From the NCBI GenBank assembly GCA_964016885.1, contig OZ024742.1, positions 170,438,001-170,502,000 on the forward strand: a stretch of DNA of 64,000 nucleotides. Reading direction: 5' to 3'. The notes beneath the pieces are model-generated. The model did not search any database and had not been told where the DNA came from. It worked only from the letters and a program-made list of their open reading frames with translations. Origin of the DNA: Eledone cirrhosa. Lineage: Eukaryota. This document shows, piece after piece, positions 52,005 to 64,000 of this stretch (position 1 is its first letter; each line of letters starts with the position of its first letter). A program made the translations under genes and the position numbers.

Positions 52005-53100
52005 ATTGTGGGTCCCCCCAGGGGCCGATAACCCCCTTAAGCCTCTCGCTTGGAGTCAGCAGTACTACTGCATAAAGGCCCCATAATTCCTGCAGTTTGC
52101 CTCCCATCTTCACCAAAATTAATCTTTTGTTTGCTTATGGCCTACAAATAAATTTGCAGTCATGCACTTGCGCAGAAATTGAGGAGGGGACCCGGGGGGG
52201 GGGGGGCAGTAAACCGACTTGATGAATGTTGAAGTTGATATCATCAATGCAACAAAACGTCATAACTGCTTGAGTTGGTGTTTGGTTTTCACGAAGCGAG
52301 ACGTATTGGTTACCCATGGCTTATAAAGGAAAGTGAACACATGAACTTTTACTTGAACTTATCAAGGGGACCCCTGGGGGGGGGGGGAGTAAGCGCCTTC
52401 GACTTATCTATTGAAGTTCACATTAACACTGTATTAGTACCTGATAACTTTTGAAGTTTACGTTCGATTTTAACTTTACCGGACACATCGGTTACCCATT
52501 GCCTAAAGATGATGTTGAAGACACTGTCTATACCCGGAACAAGCAAGGGGACACCCACGGGGCAGTAAGCCTCGGCGAGTCATTTATTGAATTTGGCTAT
52601 TATAATGCAGCAAAGTGTCATAGCTTTGATAATTGGTAGTCCAATAAAATGAATTTCGACTTAGTTGTTATCCATGTACTACAGATGAAGATATAGTGAG
52701 GCACATTTACTTTCATTTCAATTCAGCAAGAGGACCCCCTCGGGGACAATGAGCCCAATTCATTAACCTATAAAAGTTCAAACTGCCACAATAAAAAAAG
52801 CACCATAATCTCGGGTGTTTATACTTGATTCTTACAAAAACTAAACGAAATGGTTATTGCCTGCCATAAGATAAAGCACCACATATTCGTTATCACTTGA
52901 ATTTTGCTAGGGAACCCCATAGGGAGGGCAGTGAGCCCCTTTGGGCCACTTTTAAAGTTCATATTATGGTTGCAGCAAAGCATTTCAACTTCTGGAAATA
53001 AAAGTCAATTTAAACGAAAGTTGACGCATGTCCTAGTACTCATGTCCTACAAATGGAGTAGCGAATTTTTAAATACCCCTGACTTAACTTCAGTTTGTTT
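52005..53100. repeat. Diverged ~181-bp tandem array in the Helitron 5' region
   Basis: ggggacccc..gggg..cagtaagcc recurs near 52010, 52186, 52366, 52546, 52730 and 52909. Confidence 0.7.
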
Positions 53101-53528
53101 AGTTAACTTTAGGATGATTGAATTTAATTTTGCACCCGGATGTCTCCCCCGTGTAATTGCACCACAATTAAGTGCGGAATGGGGAGTTAAATTTTTTTCC
53201 TTGAACTTTGGCGTCATTTCACACTCCTATCCAAGAAAGCGCGATTTAACCCAGGTGTAAATTTTAACGCCTACTGTATGTGGATTGTGCTATTTCACAC
53301 TCACGCCTAAACTGTGCGCATGATTGATTAGTTTTTGCACTCGGTTGTCTCCCCCGTTTAATTGCACCTCAATTAAGTGCGAAATGGTGACCTCTGGCCA
53401 ACCACACATCAGTGAGTTGTGTTCAGTAGATTTCATCACACTTATTTGTATTATCTAACCAATCAGACCACTCGAGTGTTGTTCATTGAGCGAAATCATT
53501 CCTATTTATATCGGTCAAGTCCGACCTA

Positions 53529-53827
53529 TGGATGGAAAACTCAGAGCTGTATGGGAGCCTCCCAAAAGTCAGCTCAAAAGTGACACAGTGAGACTGAGGT
53601 TAGCTGGACATGCTCACCGACATCCAGAGTTGACATTGCACTCAGTGCTCCTGTGGGAGCCCATACATGGACACACTGGAAGAGGAGGACCAAGGTTAAC
53701 GTATGTTGATGCCCTAAGGACAGACACTGGTCTGTTGGAGACGCAGGACATGGCAGCGATAATAAGGGACAGAGACCGCTGGAGAGAACTCGTTCATGGA
53801 TCTCGGGAATTTTACCCGCCTTAGAAA
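53529..53827 (+). mobile_element. 5'-truncated RTE-type LINE 3' end inserted in the Helitron
   Basis: RLRLAGHAHRH..VLLWEP..GRGGPRLTYVD..DR.RWR; 12-bp TSD aagtccgaccta at 53517-53528 and 53828-53839. Confidence 0.88.
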
Positions 53828-54334
53828 AAGTCCGACCTAGGATCACACCTTTTTTGGGGCTTTTGACAAGTGGTAGATTTTTTTACATGCGTACTCTCAT
53901 AAGCTAGCCCATGTTTCTGAAACGCATGCTCTTCAACATTTGTCACCTTAAAGGAGGTTTAGTTAATGTGTTTATGGTCATAAGGTTCCAGTTTATCATG
54001 CTGTGATTTTTCGGCCATTTTTGCCTGTGGTTAGTACTTACTTATTGCTATGTTCGAACTGAACAAACATACTGACACTTATATACCTACCACTGTAGCT
54101 ACACTATTTAATTTCCTTTATCACAGGTAGTCCATACGCTGCGTTGCCTCTAACTTAAAACCTGAAATTTGTCTGATACACAAAATCTTGGCAACATACC
54201 CACTTTCTCAGACCACATAGATTTATGACGTTTTTTCACAATTTATATCCGTGTTTAGATTTGCTTACTTAAACGTTATTTGTCCACTATTTATCGTTCT
54301 CCCTGGTTAATTTTCTAAAAACAAGCCCCCCACC

Positions 54335-57060
54335 CCCCCGAAAAGAACTTTCATTGGTCGATTATCTAATGATGCAAGTAGGTTTAAGCGAAGGCGTCTC
54401 AGCGAAGATGTAAATTCGACTGCGATCAGGCTCTCACAGAATGCTGTGCAGACAGCAGCTGCAAGAGCGAAGGAGGATGACAGTCGACGTAACAAAGATG
54501 CTGCCGCAACAGCCGCTGCTAGCGCTCAAGAGGATGAAGGACAACGCGCCGTTCGACGAAGCAGGGACGCCACTGCAACAGCCGCTGCTCGCGCTCGGGA
54601 GGATGAAGGACGACGCACCGTTCTACGAAGAAGGGACGCCACTGCAACAGCTGCTTCTCACGCTCGAGAGGATGAAGGACAACGCGCCGCTCGGCGAAGC
54701 AGGAACGCCACTGCAACAGCCGCTGCTCGCGCTCGAGAGGATGAAGGACGACGCGCCGTTCGACGAAGCAGGGACGCCGCTGCCACTGCAAATACTGAAA
54801 CCATAGAGCAACGACGTGGCCGACTTCTGCAAAGTAAACAGCGGCGATCATCGTTACGTGGAATTTTTAGGACTTGCAATTCTCGATGGTTGTTGAAGGC
54901 CTTTAACCTCGACCCCTCCTCCGAATACGCCGTCCATGCAGATATTCAAATTGGGGAAATGACCACTACTTGCCAGTTTTGTTGTACGAAAAAGTGGCCA
55001 GGGGAGAGAGATGGAATGTGCTGTTCAAACGGTAAAGTTAGACTACCTACTATTCACAACCCTCCAGAGACATTGCAACTCCTTTTGACAGACACGACGG
55101 AGGAATCATCGAAGTTTCTGCGTAAGATCCGCCGCTACAATTCCGCGTTTCAGATGATATCCTTCGGAGCAAAGCTTGCCTCGGAACATGGGTTCATGCC
55201 CACTTTCAAGGTCCTGGGGCAGATCTACTACTTGATTGGGTCTATTCAGCCTCTCGCAGAAAAGGATCCTCAATTTCTTCAGTTATACTTCGTTGGAAAC
55301 TATCAGGAATGATACATTCATCTACGCGATGGAATTAACAACGACGTATCCCCAGACAATTTAGGGCAAGTGCGTATTTTACGTTCAACGTTCGCAGGGG
55401 GGCCCCGATACATGCACGAGAGGACTCAGGACGCCATGACTTACGGAGGACATTATGGGCGCCCCGACCTTTTCATAACGTTTACATACAATCCCAAATG
55501 GAAGGAGATTACAAACGAACTGTTCCAGGGTCAAGCGCCAAGACACAAGCACGATCTCATAGCAAGAGTGTTTCGCCTGAAATTATCCAAATTAATGGAT
55601 TTATTAAAGAAAGGACAGGTTTTGGGGCCTGTCAGGTGCGACATGTACACGGTTGAATGGCAGAAACGAGGGCTGCCGCATGCCCATATCTTGATTTGGT
55701 TGGTTACAAAAATCAGTTCAAACTACATCGACAAATTCATTTCTGCCGAACTACCTGATCCGTCGATTGACAAGGACCTCTTCTCTATAGTCACATCAAA
55801 CATGGGTCATGGTCCTTGCGTACATGGACTCAATATGAAGTCCCCGTGCATACACGACGGAAAGTGTACAAAACGATATCCCAGGCCGTTTTTACAGGAA
55901 ACACAGACTGGCGGTGACGGATATACGTTGTATAGGCGCAGGGGATCAGCAAAAGTTGGCGAACGCGAAATCGACAACAGCTGGATAGTGCCATATTGCC
56001 ACTCCTCTTGAAAGCGTTCAACGCCGATATAAACGTCGAATTTTTTAACTCAGTAAAATCAATTAAATACGTTTGTAAGTACGTAAACAAGGGACTGGAT
56101 GCTGCCGTCTTTGGTCTTCGTCGTGAAAACAGTAGAGACGAGGTATCTGACTACCAAGCAGGCCGATACATTAGCAGCAATGAAGCCTTTTGGCGCATTT
56201 TTGACATCCCACTGCACCAACGACACCCCGTCATTAAACAACTTGCCGTTCACCTTGGAAATGGTCAACGGGTGTATTTCAACGATGCAACAGCTGCTCA
56301 GCTATCGATCTCACCAAAGGAAACTACACTCACCGCTTTTTTCAAACTTTGCCAACACGACGACTTCGCTCGAACTCTGCTGTATTCTGAAATACCGTCT
56401 TACAATACATGGAACCGGACAAAATGGCTACGAAGGAAGGTAGGGAAAGAGGTGGTTGGACATCCAGGCATCAAATTCGACAATTGCCTTGGGCGAGTTT
56501 ATACGGTCCACCCTACCCAACACGAATGCTTCTACCTGTGACTTCTGCTTCATGAGGTAAGAGGGGCGACCAGCTTCACTCATCTGAGAACCGTCGATGG
56601 ATACGCCTGCGGAATGTACAGGGAAGCCTGCTTGAGGCGTGGACATTTAGAAGATCGCGCACAATGGGATGCAACCTTCACGGAAGCTCTCATCTCACAA
56701 TCATCCCGTAGTCTAAGGGCACTTTTTGCTATCCTCTTGCACGTTTGTGAATTGAGCGATCCTTACTCTTTGTGGCAAAAGTTTAAAGATGATTTCGCAG
56801 ACGAATATAGGCGTCTCGCTGAATTGCAATCTCCAAACTTTGATGTCGGCTTTTCAGACGCTATATATAACAGAGCTCTGATCGATATTGAAGACAGAGT
56901 GGCTTCAATGGGCGGAGATGTCTTGGAGAAATATGGGCTTCCGCAAACACTTCGAGATGCGCCATCTGACCTTCCCAACGACATTATACATGAAACGTCA
57001 TATGATGTCGAAAATGAACCAAAACTCATAATGGATCGAAAACAAGCCTACAACATTGTC
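54335..57060 (+). pseudogene. Helitron RepHel, N-terminal part (repeats, Zn-finger-like motif, HUH Rep domain), frameshifted
   Basis: CQFC..KKWPGE..GMCCSNGKV; FITFTYNPKW; VEWQKRGLPHAHIL (HUH); KSIKYVCKYVNKG (catalytic Tyr pair); GRYISSNEAFWRI. Confidence 0.93.
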
Positions 57061-57061
57061 G

Positions 57062-59760
57062 TTTTTTTAAGACACCAGAGATATATTTTAATAATTCTTT
57101 ATTATATTTTTAGGACAATGAGATTGATGAGTTAATATCTGTATACAACAACTACAACGGTACGAGATGGGGCCCACCCACAGCCCCGGCGGACAGAATG
57201 GAGAAGGCGTTTCCCCGGAGGACGGCAAGGGAGATGCGCTGGAAAAGCCACTCCAACTCGCGGGGCTCACACCTGCGGCTGGCCAGCTCAGCGCCTATGG
57301 TGGTGAGTAAGGAGGTAGCACTGGGGCCGAGGACACCAGAAGTCTCCACTGCCAGGGGTACAACCGCAAACCTGTCGGAGAGCGACCGGTATTTGAGGAG
57401 TTTGGCCACCTCAGCCCGACGTACAGCAGAACCTGGGTCAGTCGCAGACTGCACCACGTTGGGGCTTCAGAAAGTGTCGGTGCAAGTGGCATCCCAGACG
57501 AGAGGTTTGCCACCGCGGAACGGGAAGATGGTCATGCCATCTGGCCTTTTGCCGTTCCCTCGATCCAGCCCTACCGGCTCAAGCTGGGAAGGGAAGCCTG
57601 CAGCGTCCAAACCATGCTTAATGACCTCGTTGAGGGCAGCATGCGGCCGGCACTGTGGCGATAGGAGAGCGGGTGGAGGCCGAAAGAGTCCACGGTGGAA
57701 CCGCAGCGACATTGGTGTGGCTGGTAGATCCGGAGGCCGAGCCTCAGGGAAACGCCGATTCGCAGGCTATGGTTGTCTAGCTGCGTGCCAGTGGAGAAGG
57801 AGGGCAGGGCATGGAGCCAAGCACCACTGTGGGGTTTGGAGGCTGCACAAAAACAAGCAAGGCGGTGCTGGTCGAGCTGGCGCGTGAGCCTGTCTGAAGC
57901 CAGGCTGCACTGGATGTCATCCCAAGTGCGTTGGGGGGGGGGACTTGACGTCAATAGGGGGAGAAGGAAGAGGGACGACTACTGGGCTAAGTCCCAGCCG
58001 GTCCCACGTCTCACAGGCGGCCTCACGTTCTCTTAACACAGAGGGTTCTGTCGTGTTTTGAAGAACCCTGCTGACGAGTACGCGACACGAGGTTACCGAC
58101 GAAAAATACGCCGGCAAAGCTAGTAAGATCGGGGACCGGAGGCCAAGGCCGCCATACCTGACAGGTAAAGTGGCCTCTTGCCACCCTATGTCGTCAAACT
58201 TGACGTTGCATATCCCCTCGGCTGCTGCTCGGATAGAAGTATCGAGGTCAACGAGGAGAGATATCTGGGTGTAGCATGGAGCGCTGCGGAGTGTATACGG
58301 GAGCTTCGGCATGGCGAAGCAGTTTCTCAGCAGAAAGAGAGCTGGGTGGCCGTCAATCAAGCCCAGTCGGCTTGTGAGAGTCTGGAGCCGTTGAAGCCTG
58401 GACCTGATGGCGGAGCGGATGGCCAGCGGGTGGATCGGTGACCCGAGGATGAGGAAATCCTCTTTGGGGGTCACCTGAACCTGGCGGAGAATGGACCCGA
58501 CACCCAGTTGCACCGGACTAAACTCCTCACCCAGTTTGTGTGTTACGGACTTGCAGATCACCTTGGCAGCCAGCCTCCGGAAGACATTGCCCATAGCAAT
58601 GGCGCGTATACCACCCTCTTTCTTCCTGAGAGCGGTGAGGCTGGCCGAAAAAAAAGAGGCCTCGGGCGTAAGGGTCCAGGACGTCATGGATGAGCCTATT
58701 GGTGAGCGCCAAAATTGCACTCAGAAGGCGGCGCCCGGCCTCAGCGGAGAGGGGGGATGTCAACTCCTTGAGGTGGCCTGGTCTGAGACCATCAACACCT
58801 CCGCAGCTGCTAGCTGGGAAGGACCTGATGGCGGACATGATGTCTGCATTAGTAGCCACAAGGAGAAAATGGGGGTCGGTTGGGGGTATGGGTCTGAGAT
58901 CCGTGGGTGGCTCAGGGTGTTTGAGCCGAAGAGCAGCCAGGACCTTCTCAATGGGCTGGAGGACAGTGTCCTCTGAGGCAACAACTCTGACTGCGGCCGA
59001 GACATCACCCATGATAAGCTTGGCGTTTACCTGGTCACGCAAACGCTTGGCGCTGGCCTCGGAGGTGGAGGATAGGAGGTACCTGAGGGTGCGGTGTGTG
59101 GTGTCTCTGGGCACGCTTGGAATGGGCGCTCACCCAAAGGACGAGACATTGGCCTTGACGAAGGCTGCTGTTGACCGGCCGCCCCGTCAGCCCCAGAGCT
59201 GGGGAGGCCGAGGGCGAGTGGGGCGAAATAGAACAGCCGCTCTCAGTCACTGGTTCGATTGGAGTCCAGGGCGCATTCAATCGAGGAAGCGAGGGCATCA
59301 GCTCCCGGCACCCGTGCCACTCTCGGGATCCTGAGTGGGATCTTCCGGAGCCGCCTGAGCCGAGCCATGTTGACCAGCGAGGCTCGGGCGTCAGGCAAGC
59401 TCGCTGTCCCATCTGGTGGTATGCCAGACGGCCATGGCTGGGAAGACGTGGGGAAGAGGCAGCTCCTGCACCTCCACGCTGCGAGGGCATTGGAAGCTCG
59501 ACGAGTCAAGCCAACGCAGGTGACGTGGTGGAAGCATCCGCACCCCAAACAGTTCCGGCCCCTCTTCCGTTTGTTAGTGGTGCTGCAAGTGCTGCAGGTG
59601 TCGGCTTGAAGGGGTGGGGGATGGGGCGTGGGGCCGGGGACTGGGGCACCGAGCGGCATCAGGGGTGGGTGGCTGGCGTGTGTGGGTGGAAGGGAAAGTG
59701 CTGGTAAGAGGGCCTCATAGCTCACCTATATATATGGAGGTGCCAGAAAACAAGAGAGAA
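57062..59760 (-). mobile_element. CRE-clade non-LTR retrotransposon (PHD finger, RT, Zn knuckle, REL endonuclease), GC-rich, inserted in the Helitron
   Basis: PHD-like CSTC..CLGC..FHHVTC..WRCRSC; GGVDGLRPGHL, ALRKKEGGIRAIAMG, QLGVG, LPVRYGGLGLR; CRCG..HPLS; [22 protein letters not shown]; PLAVETSG..LFQRISLAVLRGNA; AATAAA and A-tract at 57062-57102 (minus). Central RT including the DD motif is deleted. Confidence 0.9.
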
Positions 59761-60292
59761 AAGAAGGGGCGCTGGAGGTGAGTCACTGATGCTGGAGTTG
59801 GCTTCCTCTTGTTAATGGTAGAGTTGTTGTTGTTAATGACACTGTTGTCGTCGTTGCCTTCCTCTTGTTAATGGTGAAGATATAGAGCGAAATACAAAAT
59901 CCACCAGCAGACAATTATATAAAAAAAGTATATAGAAATAAAGTTAACATTTCTGTCTGGGATATAAAGATTTGTTTTACATTTTCGCAAACATCGTAAC
60001 GATATTCTCAATGGACGCGCTTACAATATTTGAATAAAACTGAACCGTCGTGTCATTTAACTTGAAAAATGGAGCAAAGTAAAAGGAGAATAGTGAATTT
60101 GGAGTGTCAATCCCTTGTGTTTTTTTTGTTGTTTTTTTTCAATACCGGACTTACAGTTTTCCAGGATTTATAGACTCATTTGTGTTTATTTTTCCTTCAA
60201 AAGGATGGAGGCGTTTTATCTCCTCATGAAACTGACATTACTTAATGATGTTCGTCATCTATGGCTTATTCATATGTATTATTTCATGACTC

Positions 60293-60468
60293 ATGAGGGC
60301 GGTGGATTGACAGTATCAGTAGAGAGTCTGACGCCATGCTTTCCAGCATAGTTACGTCCCTTTACGGTCTGAGTTCAAATCCCGTCGAGGTTAACTTTGC
60401 CTTTCATCCTTACGGGGTCGATAAAATAAAGTACCAGTAATGTACTAGTTAATTGCTGGCCTTGTGCA
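60293..60468 (+). mobile_element. Young SINE with 15-bp TSD
   Basis: attatttcatgactc at 60278-60292 and 60469-60483. Confidence 0.9.
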
Positions 60469-61099
60469 ATTATTTCATGACTCTATAGAACGTTTAGAAT
60501 GTTTGTGCAGTGTTCTGTGTCCAGCCAGGTTTGTACAACAGGTAAGAAAAATGATGATTTGGTTTCTTCTGATAGGAGCCTCTTCCACGTCTGAAGATCG
60601 AGGTGTGTTTTCTTGTCTTCTTCAATACTTTCATAAACGGCTTCGGAGATTTAAAATTTATGTTTCCATTGGAACTTCCATTCCCACACGGTTCTACTCG
60701 GGAATTACCGGTAGATCTCATAAAACACTGTGATCTAATTTGCTTGTTGTTTATGTGAAATGTGTGGTCAGCGAATATTTCAGTCGTTGAAAGGCATATG
60801 AAAAAATGATGTGTAGAATAATTCAATATTTACAAAAAATGTATTTATATTTCATTTTAAATATTGTTTTCAATGCCAGATATAACATTTTAATATATCT
60901 TATTAGAAATATATATCTAAGAAATCTTGATTATATAAATCGGAAATATAACAGAACGTTATTCATTTCTGGAAGGTTGACTCTTTGAATTAAAAGTAAA
61001 ATCCATTCAACAGACTTCCAAACAGTTTCTGTCTACCAAATTTTATTAACAAACACAAAGACCATAAGGAGGTATATATATTCGTTGTATCCATTATCG

Positions 61100-62400
61100 T
61101 AATCGGGGAGGGGTATATTCTTCTTGGACGCACCTGGAGGCACGGGCAAAACATTTGTAATCAAACTTTTACTCGCTGAAGTGAGGAAACACGGAAACAT
61201 CGCATTGGCCGTGGATTCTTTCGGCATTGCAGCAACTTTGCTGCCTGGTGGCAGGACGGCCCATTCTGCTTTCGGCCTTCCCCTCAACGTGGCTTCATCT
61301 GAGACACCCACGTGCAACATCAGCAAGTCTTCCGGAAAAGCATTGGTGTTAAAGCGCTGCCTACTAATTGTTTGGGACGAATGCACAATGGCCCACAAGG
61401 CGGCTTTCGAGGCATTAGTCCGGTCACTCAGAGACATCAGGGACTGTCAAGAACCAATGGGATCTGTCACTTTCCTGTTATCTGGGGACTTTCGACAGAC
61501 TCTGTAATCCCTGTAATCCCAAAAGGTACGCGGGCTGATTAAGGCCTCCCCACTTTGGCGTTATGTAAGAAAGCTGACGCTTACAACAAACATGAGAGCA
61601 CGACTGCAGGTGATGAGATATCAGCGGGTTTTGCTGCCGCCATTTTGTCGTTGGGAGATGGCAAAGTCCCACTCGACGGAGATGGTGCAGAGGACCTCAC
61701 AGGGATTTGCAGATGCGTTAAGTCAATTGCTGAGTTACGGACGTCTGTTTTTCCTAATCTTGAGGAGAACTACACAAATCAAGAGTGGTTGTGTGAATGC
61801 GCAATATTGGCTTCGAAAAACCACAGAGTTGGAAACATCAATGAACAGCTCATGTTGTGCTTGCCTGGAAACCTGCACGTCTACAAGTCCCTTGACTCTA
61901 TGGCTGATCCGGACGAAGTTGTTAATTACCCTACAGAATTTCTTAACTCCCTAGACCCTCCCGGATTGCCACCACACTTACTGCGACTTAAGAAAGGTGT
62001 CCCTGTCATGCTTCTCAGGAATTTGGAACCTCGAAGGCTTTCCAACAGCACGCGTCTGGTCGTCCAAAAGGCGATGTCTCATGTTATTGAGGCAACAATA
62101 CTTACAGGATGTGTTAAGGAGGATACTGTCTTCATACCAAGGATACCTCTCATTCCATCCGGTAAAGACATTCCTTTCACATTCAGAAGGCTGCAATTCC
62201 CTCTCTGGCTCAGTTTCGCCATGTCGATTAACAAATCACAGGGTCAGATGCTGACGGTCGTAGGGCTTAATTCAGAAGAACCATGCTTCTCCCATGGTCA
62301 ACTATAAGTTGGCTGCTCTCGAGTGGAGAGCCGACATAACCTATTTGCTTTTGCAACTCGCGAGAAAACCCAAAATATAGTCTACAAGTCTATAAGTAAT
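61100..62400 (+). pseudogene. Helitron RepHel, Pif1-family helicase part, frameshifted
   Basis: FFLDAPGGTGKT, GGRTAHS, IVWDECTM, GDFRQTL, MLLRNL, RLQFPL..SFAMSINKSQGQ, FSHGQL. Confidence 0.93.
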
Positions 62401-62748
62401 CGCTGTTTTTTTTTGTATAAGTGCTTACATTTGTTGTATCCGTGTGCTATTTTTGTCCCTTTGACTATACCACGTACGCCTCTGAGTTTGTTTTTACTAT
62501 ACGTTATAAATGTTCAATGTCTCCGTTTTCCGCATTTATATGTTGCTATTACGCTTTGCTATCGATGTTCCGTAGTTTTAACCTAATTAATCTACTTTTC
62601 CCTACATCTTATTTACACATTTATTTGACATTCCAGCGACCAAGGCCGTTTTTTTGGCCACCGACTGTTACATGCTTTTCTAGGTTACAATCTCAAATAA
62701 CAAGCAAAGCAAATACGACACACCAAAGTGGTGTGATGGACTTCTTAA

Positions 62749-63140
62749 GGGCCACCACCTCTAATCGGAGTCGTCTTTGTTGATAGCTCTGCCGCTGGGA
62801 CTTTTAAGAGGGAACGACCCAATGCCCTCTTCAGAGCCACCAAGTTTAAATTGTTACCATCGGATTCATCTTTGCTGGCAGCACCACCGCTGAGATATTT
62901 CAAAGTGAACGTTAAAATGTCCTCTTCAGGGCCACCAACTATAAATTGTTATCGCTGGATTCGTCTTTGCTGGCAGCATCGCCGCTGAGACTATTAAGAG
63001 TGAACGATCCAAGGCTCTCTTTAGGGCCACCAACTTTAAATTGTTACCATTGGATTCGTCTTTGCTGGCAGCACCGCCGCAGAGATATTTCAAAGTGAAC
63101 GTTCAAAGGCCCTCTTTAGAGTCAACACCTATAAATTGTT
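62749..63140. repeat. ~92-bp tandem repeat (about 4 copies) in the Helitron 3' region
   Basis: gggccaccaact.taaattgtta...ggattcgtctttgctggcagca..gccgc.gaga repeated. Confidence 0.85.
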
Positions 63141-63235
63141 ACTTCTGTAGTCGTGTTTAACGGAAGTCTTTCGGTTCATTTCAATGACTACTCCATTGAG
63201 AGTTACACCGGGAAACGCCGGGTACCTCCGCTAGT

Positions 63236-63782
63236 TTATAATATATAATATGTAATATATATTATATAATAAATACGTAATATATAATATATAACATATA
63301 ATGTGCAATATATAACATATAATGTGCAATATATAATATATATGTAATATATAATATATAATATATAACATATATAATTTGATATATAATATATATTTCA
63401 TATAATATAAAATATAGTATGTTATATAATATATAAGCGATATAATATTTGATATATACCATGTAATATATGACATGATAAATAATATATATGACATATA
63501 ATGTATATTTGATATATAATATACTATATAATCCATGGCATAATATTTGATATATAGTACATAATATATAATACTTTATATATAATATATAATAAATAAT
63601 ATCTAAAATGTGATATATAATATATGATACATAATGCATAATGTACAATATATAATATATAATATATAATATATAATAAATAATATATAAAATGTCATAT
63701 ATAATATATGTTATATAATATATAATATACAATACATGATAAATTATATATAATGTATGATATAAAATATATAATATATATT
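63236..63782. repeat. AT-rich low-complexity (ATATA/ATAT)n array
   Basis: Direct reading. Confidence 0.9.
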
Positions 63783-64000
63783 TCCATTTAGAATGCATGG
63801 TTCTCATTTGTGATGGTTATTGTTATCTGGGTAATGTGTATGTGATAACATTTTCCAGTAAATAAAAAAAATGATATATGCCTTAAATCAATTTTCAAGC
63901 CTTGTTGGATTCTCATCAGAAGCCATGTACATCATCTAAACAACCATAAGGAAATACGTAACTGGAGGGGCTTATATACCCTCTAACGTATAGTAATGGA

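Larger units (their letters stand above)
51860..63234 (+). mobile_element. Decayed autonomous Helitron (Rep/Pif1 helicase) with nested insertions; 5' boundary approximate
   Basis: 5' atatataaaacagcagatgtctgtctg resembles the Helitron 5' ends elsewhere in the window; 3' hairpin ccgggaaacgccggg followed by CTAG|T at 63231-63234; RepHel fragments inside. Confidence 0.88.

Noticed and set aside
57198-59707. Long plus-strand ORFs (229, 214, 178 aa)
   Set aside because: Antisense shadows of the GC-rich CRE coding strand

Overview
AT-rich, repeat-dense eukaryotic DNA, most likely an octopus or related coleoid cephalopod; this is inferred from the tRNA-derived Nin/Deu-core-like SINEs, RTE/CR1 LINEs, Helitrons and (TA)n/(CA)n arrays. 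Two host genes are supported, and neither is properly shown by the ORF track. One is the last coding exon of an ACK1/TNK2-family kinase (tandem UBA, 239-454). The other is a complete 4-exon MICOS10/Mic10 gene (15164-31549, 86 aa). The rest is transposon-derived: RTE and CR1/L2-type LINE fragments, two CRE-clade (RT + restriction-like endonuclease) retroelements, and a decayed ~11 kb Rep/Pif1 Helitron carrying nested insertions. There are also non-autonomous Helitrons, a mariner-type MITE, a 48-bp intronic satellite with higher-order structure, and Penelope-like elements (Neptune-type and Naiad-type). The most striking unexplained structure lies at 37-49 kb, a cluster of type I hammerhead ribozyme (HHR) motifs in Penelope-type 3' termini arranged as fold-backs. 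One short MITE-like element is built only from the termini of the neighbouring Penelope element, and its junction falls at the predicted ribozyme cleavage site. A separate perfect palindrome is centred on an HHR stem II. All coordinates and folds were read by eye; no searches were run.
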